64,000 bases of DNA from Erysipelotrichaceae bacterium (GTDB taxonomy: Bacteria; Bacillota_I; Bacilli_A; Erysipelotrichales; Erysipelotrichaceae), in assembly GCA_029101345.1 (NCBI GenBank), contig JAQXQU010000013.1, positions 5,918-69,917 of the forward strand. Reading direction: 5' to 3'. This document shows positions 54,513 through 61,011 of the stretch, piece after piece (within the stretch, counting starts at the first letter, position 1; the number at the start of each line of letters is the position of its first letter). The position numbers were made by a program, and so were the translations under genes. The notes under the pieces are model-generated. The model searched no databases. It was not told where the DNA came from and was given only the letters and a program-made list of their open reading frames with translations.

Positions 54513-55222
54513 TGGAAAAGATCAAACATATTGCCATCATTATGGATGGCAATGGCCGTTGGGCAAAAAGACAGCTTTTGCCAAGGACTTTTGGTCACAA
54601 GAAGGGTGTCGAAAAGGTTAGAGAGATAGCCATCTATGCCAACGATTTAGGTATTGAATGTCTGACTCTTTATGCTTTTTCCACTGAGAACTGGCGTCGT
54701 CCGGCTGAAGAAGTAAACTATCTGATGTCATTGCCTAAGATTTTCTTTTCATCATATATGAAGGAAATCATGGCCAATAATATAAAAATACAGATGATTG
54801 GTTCCTTGGAAGGCGTTCCTGCTGAAGCAAGGAAGATTTTTACTGATGCCATTGAGGAATCAAAAAACAATACTGGCATGATTTTGAATTTTGCCATGAA
54901 TTATGGTGGCCGTGCTGAAATAGTCAAAGCCGCTCAGCAATATGCAATTGACTATAGCAATGGATCGGCTGGCCCTCTTGATGAAGAGCTATTTGCAAGC
55001 TATCTGATGACAAAGGACTTGCCGGAAGTTGATCTGTTGATCAGAACCAGTCATGAACTGCGGCTATCGAATTTTCTCCTCTATCAATTGGCTTATAGCG
55101 AAATGGTCTTTACCGATACACTATGGCCAGATTTCACTACTGATGATCTTGATGATTGCATTGATCAATTCTATCATCGGGGACGACGTTTTGGAGGTTT
55201 GAATGAAACAGAGAATACTTAG
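54512..55222 (+). CDS. uppS: isoprenyl transferase (undecaprenyl diphosphate synthase)
   Basis: HIAIIMDGNGRWA and LLIRTSHELRLSNFLL motifs. Confidence 0.96.
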   Translation: MEKIKHIAIIMDGNGRWAKRQLLPRTFGHKKGVEKVREIAIYANDLGIECLTLYAFSTENWRRPAEEVNYLMSLPKIFFSSYMKEIMANNIKIQMIGSLEGVPAEARKIFTDAIEESKNNTGMILNFAMNYGGRAEIVKAAQQYAIDYSNGSAGPLDEELFASYLMTKDLPEVDLLIRTSHELRLSNFLLYQLAYSEMVFTDTLWPDFTTDDLDDCIDQFYHRGRRFGGLNETENT

Positions 55223-55967
55223 TGCCATTGTAATGGTTGCGGTCTGTCTCTATCCTCTGCTCTTTGGTGGCTGGTCACTTATGGTGCTCGTTTGCTTCTG
55301 CACTTTGACTGCCGGTTATGAACTAGTCAAGATGATAAGCAAAGACCGTTTCAATATCCTTGTCTATTTTTTATATCTCTTCTTTATGGCAATTGCTGCC
55401 TATGATAAGAGCAAGCTTCCAGCACTTATTCCTCTTTTTCTGATGGTCCTATATGCCATCAGCATCTTTGATAAGGATTTCTCTTTGCAGGATGCTTGTC
55501 TTATGCTGAGCATGTATATTGTCTTGGCTAAGACTGTGCAGGGATTCATCTTCATCTATAACACCAATAAGCTATTGATTATCTATATTCTTCTGGCTGC
55601 CTTTGTTTGCGATGCTGCTGCCTATTTCTGTGGCATGGCTTTTGGCAAGCATAAGCTCAATGAGCGCATATCACCAAAAAAGACCATCGAAGGATCAATT
55701 GGTGGCTGGATCTTCGCTTTTGCCATTTCCTTTGCCTTTGCCTATTTCAATAACTTCTTTGGCTTTGGCAAGCTTATCTTTGCCATCAATTCAATTGTCT
55801 TGCCTCTAGCTGGCATGATAGGCGATCTGGCTTTCTCTTTAATCAAAAGAACATATGGAATCAAGGATTATGGCAATCTGATTCCTGGCCATGGCGGTGT
55901 TTTGGATCGCATTGATTCATTATGTTTCTGCCTGATGCTATTTGTTGCTATTGTGGGATTATTATGA
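55203..55967 (+). CDS. cdsA: phosphatidate cytidylyltransferase
   Basis: SPKKTIEGSIGG and PGHGGVLDRIDS motifs. Confidence 0.94.
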   Translation: MKQRILSAIVMVAVCLYPLLFGGWSLMVLVCFCTLTAGYELVKMISKDRFNILVYFLYLFFMAIAAYDKSKLPALIPLFLMVLYAISIFDKDFSLQDACLMLSMYIVLAKTVQGFIFIYNTNKLLIIYILLAAFVCDAAAYFCGMAFGKHKLNERISPKKTIEGSIGGWIFAFAISFAFAYFNNFFGFGKLIFAINSIVLPLAGMIGDLAFSLIKRTYGIKDYGNLIPGHGGVLDRIDSLCFCLMLFVAIVGLL

Positions 55968-57109
55968 AAAAAATACTATTACTGGGAGCTAGTGGTTCAA
56001 TCGGTACCCAATGCATCGATGTTATCAAGGCCCATCCTGATTCATTGAAACTTGTTGGTGCCTCAGTTGGTCACAATGTTGATTATTTAAGAGACATTCT
56101 CAAGCAGTTCAAACTTGAATATGCCTATACTATCCATCCCTGCAATGATCTGGTTCGCCAATATCCTGATACCAGATTCTATTATGGTGATGAAGGTCTA
56201 TTAAAGATTGCCAAGGAAGAAGGCTATGATACTTTGGTTAATGCCTTGGTTGGTTTTGCTGGTTTCAGGCCAACTGTTGAAGCTATCAAATGTCATAAGA
56301 ATATTGCCTTGGCCAATAAGGAGACCTTGGTAGGTGGCGGTGATATTATCATGCCTCTTGTCAAGGAATATGGGGTCAAGCTCTATCCAATCGATTCTGA
56401 ACATTCTGCAATCTGGCAATGCTTGAACGGCCATGAAAGAAAGGATGTCCGAAGACTGGTCATAACAGGCTCGGGTGGTTCCTTCCGTGATAAAAGCCGC
56501 AATGAACTTGCAAATGTCAGTGTTGAAGATGCCTTGAAGCATCCGAATTGGGCGATGGGTGCCAAGATTACCATTGATTCAGCAACTATGATGAACAAAG
56601 GTTTTGAAGTAATGGAAGCCCATTATCTCTTTGATATCCCTTATGATAACATTGATGTCATACTCCATAGCCAATCCATCATCCATTCCATGGTTGAATA
56701 CAATGATGGCTCTATCATTGCCCAAATGGGTTGTCCAGATATGCGTCTTCCAATCAAATACGCTCTGCTTTATCCAGAACATCTAAAGGATGAAAACACC
56801 AACTATCTGGATGTGGACAGCCTGTTTGAACTTAATTTCAAAAAGATGGATTACCAGCGCTATCCGCTTGTGCGCCTAGCTAAGGAAATCGGCAAATTTG
56901 GAGGCAATTTTGGTGCAATTCTCATAGGTGCCAATGATGAAGCGGTTGATTTATTCCTCAAGGGAAGAATTGCTTTTATTGATATTGAGAAGTACATTTT
57001 CAAGGCTTTGAAATCAGCACATTTCATTGCCAAACCAACAATTGATGAAATCATATCTTCACATAACTGGGCAAGAGCCTATGTTGCAGATATGTGGGCA
57101 AACTCATAG
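55964..57109 (+). CDS. dxr: 1-deoxy-D-xylulose 5-phosphate reductoisomerase
   Basis: MKKILLLGASGSIGTQ NADPH motif, plus LANKETLV and NKGFEVMEA. ATGA overlap with cdsA. The track start at 55922 is an extension. Confidence 0.95.
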   Translation: MKKILLLGASGSIGTQCIDVIKAHPDSLKLVGASVGHNVDYLRDILKQFKLEYAYTIHPCNDLVRQYPDTRFYYGDEGLLKIAKEEGYDTLVNALVGFAGFRPTVEAIKCHKNIALANKETLVGGGDIIMPLVKEYGVKLYPIDSEHSAIWQCLNGHERKDVRRLVITGSGGSFRDKSRNELANVSVEDALKHPNWAMGAKITIDSATMMNKGFEVMEAHYLFDIPYDNIDVILHSQSIIHSMVEYNDGSIIAQMGCPDMRLPIKYALLYPEHLKDENTNYLDVDSLFELNFKKMDYQRYPLVRLAKEIGKFGGNFGAILIGANDEAVDLFLKGRIAFIDIEKYIFKALKSAHFIAKPTIDEIISSHNWARAYVADMWANS

Positions 57110-57143
57110 CAATATGAGTTTTTCTTATTAGGTGTTATAATTA

Positions 57144-58217
57144 ATGAATATGATAGTTAATATTCTTTTGTTTTTATTCATGATGTCCCTGATCATCGTT
57201 ATTCACGAATTTGGACATCTTATCGCAGCCAAGATCTTTGGCGTATACTGCCATGAATTTTCTTTGGGCATGGGACCTAAGCTCTTTTCAAAAAAGGGGA
57301 AGGAAACGGAATATTCCGTTCGTGCCATTCCCATTGGTGGCTTTGTAGCAATGGCTGGTGATACTGACAACGCCTTGGAAACAAGCGTTGACATTGAAGT
57401 TCCGGCTGAAAGAACATTGACCGGCATCAAGCCCATCAAGCGTATTATCATCATGCTTGGTGGCATTGTTATGAATCTGCTATTGGCAGAAGTTGTCATT
57501 TCCTTATTGCTACTGGGCTATGGCAAATATGCAATGTCACCTGAACCCTATATTGAAAGCGTTGTAGAAGATTATCCTGCAGCCAAGGCGGGATTAAGGG
57601 CCAATGACCTCATTGTTGGCATTGAATATGAAAATGGCTCTTCCTACGCACCTGCTTCCTTTTCAGAACTATCCGACTTTTTGGCAACATATGAGTCGGG
57701 AACAATTGTTTTGACTATTGAAAGGGATAAAGAAAGATTGGACTTTGAGGTTGAGCCTGTTAAAAATGATAGTGGTTCCTATGTCATTGGCATTACTGGC
57801 GGGTCATATGCCATTGTGGAAGTAAATATTCTCAATTGCTGGTATTATGGCTTCATCTATCTGAAAGAAGTCATGAAATTGCTGATAACCACAGTCATTG
57901 GATTATTCAAGGGTATTGGTCTTAAGAATCTATCAGGACCAATTGGCATCTATAATGCTACAAGCGAAGCGGCTTCAATGGGTGCTGACATCTATTTTAA
58001 CCTCTTGGCTGTGCTTTCTTTGAATATTGGCATTATGAATGCTATTCCTTTGCCGGTTTTGGATGGAGGAAGAGTAGTGTTGACACTTGTGGAAATGGTC
58101 ATTGGCCATCCCATCAGCAAGAAGGTGACTGATGCCATTATGACCATCAGTATCCTGCTTCTGATAATGCTGATGGTTTTTGCGACTGGTCAGGATCTCT
58201 GGCGCTTGTTTAATTAA
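57144..58217 (+). CDS. rseP: RIP zinc metalloprotease RseP
   Basis: HEFGH motif, PDZ domain and LPVLDGG motif. The start may instead be ATG 57150. Confidence 0.93.
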   Translation: MNMIVNILLFLFMMSLIIVIHEFGHLIAAKIFGVYCHEFSLGMGPKLFSKKGKETEYSVRAIPIGGFVAMAGDTDNALETSVDIEVPAERTLTGIKPIKRIIIMLGGIVMNLLLAEVVISLLLLGYGKYAMSPEPYIESVVEDYPAAKAGLRANDLIVGIEYENGSSYAPASFSELSDFLATYESGTIVLTIERDKERLDFEVEPVKNDSGSYVIGITGGSYAIVEVNILNCWYYGFIYLKEVMKLLITTVIGLFKGIGLKNLSGPIGIYNATSEAASMGADIYFNLLAVLSLNIGIMNAIPLPVLDGGRVVLTLVEMVIGHPISKKVTDAIMTISILLLIMLMVFATGQDLWRLFN

Positions 58218-58226
58218 GGAGTAAAA

Positions 58227-58700
58227 ATGCTTACAAAATATTTATTTGTCTTTTTCGTTTCGATGGTTCCTCTGATTGAACTCAGAGGTGCCATTCCCAT
58301 TGCCACTGGCATGGGACTTGATCTTTTGCCATCATATATCATTGCGGTTATTGGCAATATGATTCCGGTGCCATTCATTTACTTCTTTGCAAGAAAAGTA
58401 CTTGAATGGGGAAAGGATAAGCCTCTGATTGGCAAATTCTTCTCCTTTTGTTTGACTAAAGGCGAAAAGGCTGGCAAGAAGCTGCAGGAAAAGGCGGGAC
58501 GTGGCCTGTTTTTGGCGCTTTTATTATTTGTTGGCATCCCAGTGCCTGGAACTGGTGCCTGGACTGGTACTTTAGGTGCTTCCATTCTGGACATTGATTT
58601 CAAACACAGCGTCATTGCCGTTATGCTCGGCGTATTATTGGCTGGCGTATTGATGCTTTTAGTATCCCTTGGACTTTTTTCGGCAATTGGCCTAAGATAG
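58227..58700 (+). CDS. small multidrug-export-like membrane protein (COG2426-type)
   Basis: 157 aa with 4 TM segments. The LIELRGAIP N-terminal motif is typical of this family. RBS AAGGAG. Confidence 0.55.
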   Translation: MLTKYLFVFFVSMVPLIELRGAIPIATGMGLDLLPSYIIAVIGNMIPVPFIYFFARKVLEWGKDKPLIGKFFSFCLTKGEKAGKKLQEKAGRGLFLALLLFVGIPVPGTGAWTGTLGASILDIDFKHSVIAVMLGVLLAGVLMLLVSLGLFSAIGLR

Positions 58701-58709
58701 GAGCTTGTG

Positions 58710-59723
58710 ATGAAAATACTTGTTACTGGTGGTTTGGGATTCATTGGCTCCCATGCCTGTGTTGAATTGCTGGATTCCGGCTATGAGGTTGTCATTGTAG
58801 ACAATCTATATAATTCTTCAATCAAGGTTCTTGACCGAATTGAAATGATTACAGGTCAAAGACCACTCTTTTATGAGATTGATATTCTGAACAAGGATGC
58901 TCTTAACAATGTTTTTGAAGAAAATGACATTGATGGTGTCATTCACTTTGCTGGCTATAAGGCGGTGGGGGAGTCTGTTAGCATTCCTCTTGTCTATTAT
59001 CAGAACAACATTACTGGTTCCTTGAACCTATATGAATGCATGGAAAAGCATGGTGTCAACAACCTGATATTCTCATCGTCTGCTACAGTCTATGGTAATA
59101 ATTTCAAAGCTCCGTTTAAAGAGGAATACGGCTATGGTACAACAACCAATCCCTATGGCACAAGCAAGATGATGAATGAAATGATTATTCAGGATTTAGC
59201 AAAAGCCAATAAGGATCTTTCAGCCGTCATCCTGCGCTATTTCAATCCTATAGGTGCTCATAGTTCAGGGTTGATTGGTGAATCACCTAATGGCATACCC
59301 AACAATCTTGTACCATATATTGCCAAGGTAGCAACAGGCAAGCTGGCGTATCTCAATGTTTTTGGCAATGACTACAATACAGCTGATGGGACAGGAGTCC
59401 GTGACTACATCCATGTTGTGGACTTGGCCAAGGCCCATGTCAGCGCAATCGAATATTCCTTTAAACATAAGGGTGCCGAAGTAATTAATGTCGGTACCGG
59501 TGTAGGCTATTCAGTCCTTGATGTTGTTTCTGCGTATGAAAAGGCCACAGGACAGAAGATTCCTTATGTCATCTGTGAACGCAGACCAGGTGATATTGAC
59601 AGTTGCTTTGCTGATCCAAGCAAATGTCTTGAACTCTTAGGTTTCAAGACGGAAAAAAATCTTGAACAGATGTGCAAGGACTCCTACAATTTCATGGAAA
59701 AAAATCCAGATGGCATTAAATAA
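58710..59723 (+). CDS. galE: UDP-glucose 4-epimerase
   Basis: ILVTGGLGFIGSH Rossmann motif and YGTSKMM (YxxxK). RBS AGGAG. Confidence 0.95.
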   Translation: MKILVTGGLGFIGSHACVELLDSGYEVVIVDNLYNSSIKVLDRIEMITGQRPLFYEIDILNKDALNNVFEENDIDGVIHFAGYKAVGESVSIPLVYYQNNITGSLNLYECMEKHGVNNLIFSSSATVYGNNFKAPFKEEYGYGTTTNPYGTSKMMNEMIIQDLAKANKDLSAVILRYFNPIGAHSSGLIGESPNGIPNNLVPYIAKVATGKLAYLNVFGNDYNTADGTGVRDYIHVVDLAKAHVSAIEYSFKHKGAEVINVGTGVGYSVLDVVSAYEKATGQKIPYVICERRPGDIDSCFADPSKCLELLGFKTEKNLEQMCKDSYNFMEKNPDGIK

Positions 59724-59790
59724 CGATAAATTTATAGATAAATATATCGTTATAAATATTTATAAATAATATATATAATTTATAATGATA

Positions 59791-59823
59791 AAATTGATAA
59801 ATTAATTGTAAATTTATCAATTT
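59791..59823. repeat. 13-bp perfect inverted repeat bracketing a -35 hexamer (candidate operator or weak terminator)
   Basis: AAATTGATAAATT (59791-803) and AATTTATCAATTT (59811-823), separated by the 7-nt spacer AATTGTA. Confidence 0.8.
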
Positions 59824-59834
59824 TTATTTATAAT
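59806..59834 (+). promoter_or_regulatory. promoter of the Phd-like gene (leaderless configuration)
   Basis: TTGTAA, 17-nt spacer, TATAAT. The ATG lies 6 nt downstream and there is no SD. Confidence 0.5.
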
Positions 59835-59840
59835 CAAGTT

Positions 59841-60053
59841 ATGCAGGATAAATACAGTCTTGGAACCATGTTATCATCATTAGTTCCGATCAGTTATCTC
59901 AATCAAGGCAAGGCGGCAAAGTTGATCAACAGTCTTGGTCCTGATGATGTAAAAATTGTCATCAAGAACAATGAACCTATGGCAGCTATTGTTCCAATGT
60001 CCCGTTTTTATAAGCTTTTGGAAGCTGAAGAAAAACAGAATGGAGGCAAATAA
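59841..60053 (+). CDS. Phd/YefM-antitoxin-like small protein
   Basis: 70 aa. VPISYLNQGKAAKLINSLGPDDVKIVIKNNEPMAAIVPMSRFYKLLE fits the Phd/YefM pattern (..IS.L......I..L.....V.I.KNG.P.AV.V....Y..L). Confidence 0.5.
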   Translation: MQDKYSLGTMLSSLVPISYLNQGKAAKLINSLGPDDVKIVIKNNEPMAAIVPMSRFYKLLEAEEKQNGGK

Positions 60054-61006
60054 TGAAGAAAAGAAAAGTCAAAATTTCAAGACTTCTTTTGCTGATAGCT
60101 ATTGTCCTATTATTGGCTATTGCTTTGTTTTTCGGCATTGGAAAGCTCTTTAGCAGGAATCCTGAACCATCTGTCCCTGATAATCCGAATATAATTGAGA
60201 GTAATGATGATAGAAAAGTAATAATAGATGTCCTGGACTACCTTGTATTTGCTGATGCAAAGGAAAAGGTAGGCTTTGATTTTGTGGTTGCCAGACTGCG
60301 ATTTACCAGCAGGGATGGAAGTACAATCAGCTATGATCTAAAGGATCTTTATACTTCTGAAAGATTACAGCTTGATAATGGCCGATACTATGCTGACAAG
60401 CTATCGGAGAAGTCCTATTATCTATCAAGCCTTAATGTCACTTATGAAATCAAGGAACTAGCTTCCAAAGATGATCGCCTTATTGTCATTCCATATTCTG
60501 ATTCCAGCGATAAGCTCACAATTTCCGATGCAGAAGGCTTTATTTTTGAATTTGATCTAAGTGACAATCTTCACTCAATTGAAGAACTTCAGTACACTTC
60601 GGGTTCTGATATTGCCATTGGTGGCAGCTTTGAAGCCTATTTGTCAGATGCCTATATTACCCAGCCGCAATATATGCAGAGAAATGGTGAGGATATGGAT
60701 TATCCATCAACTGTTCAGATCTATACTTTCAAACTGCATATCAATTCAATTGATGAGGAGGGCATCTATATTGCCAAAGCTGAATTTGTTTCCGATACTC
60801 TTGAAGAAGGCATCTATTATGCTCTTGACGATTCCTTCAGCTCCATTAAAGCTTCCAATATAATAAATAAGCCATTGAACAAGGATGACGAAGCTGCATT
60901 ATTCTTTGAAATAATCAATGTCGATGGTTCCGCTCCTGATTTCAAAGGTACTTTACGTCTGATGATGTCCAATCAGAATGATTGGATTGAAATATCTGCA
61001 AAATAA
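60053..61006 (+). CDS. membrane-anchored extracytoplasmic protein of unknown function (two beta-rich, DUF4352-like halves)
   Basis: 317 aa. N-terminal signal-anchor KISRLLLLIAIVLLLAIALFFGIG. TAATG overlap with the upstream gene. RBS GGAGG. Confidence 0.7.
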   Translation: MKKRKVKISRLLLLIAIVLLLAIALFFGIGKLFSRNPEPSVPDNPNIIESNDDRKVIIDVLDYLVFADAKEKVGFDFVVARLRFTSRDGSTISYDLKDLYTSERLQLDNGRYYADKLSEKSYYLSSLNVTYEIKELASKDDRLIVIPYSDSSDKLTISDAEGFIFEFDLSDNLHSIEELQYTSGSDIAIGGSFEAYLSDAYITQPQYMQRNGEDMDYPSTVQIYTFKLHINSIDEEGIYIAKAEFVSDTLEEGIYYALDDSFSSIKASNIINKPLNKDDEAALFFEIINVDGSAPDFKGTLRLMMSNQNDWIEISAK

Positions 61007-61011
61007 CCATT

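Noticed and set aside
59761-59800. Possible XerCD dif site (AATATATATAATTTATAATG resembles the AT-rich dif core), given that xerC and ftsK are in the window
   Set aside because: Alignment to the Firmicutes dif consensus (ACTTCCTAGAATATATATTATGTAAACT) fails in both arms. Only the generic AT-rich centre matches.
59841-61006. Classical type II toxin-antitoxin pair
   Set aside because: The upstream protein looks Phd/YefM-like and the genes overlap by 1 nt. However the downstream gene encodes a 317-aa membrane-anchored extracytoplasmic protein, not a 90-130-aa cytoplasmic toxin of a known family. I report it as an unusual module, not as a TA system.
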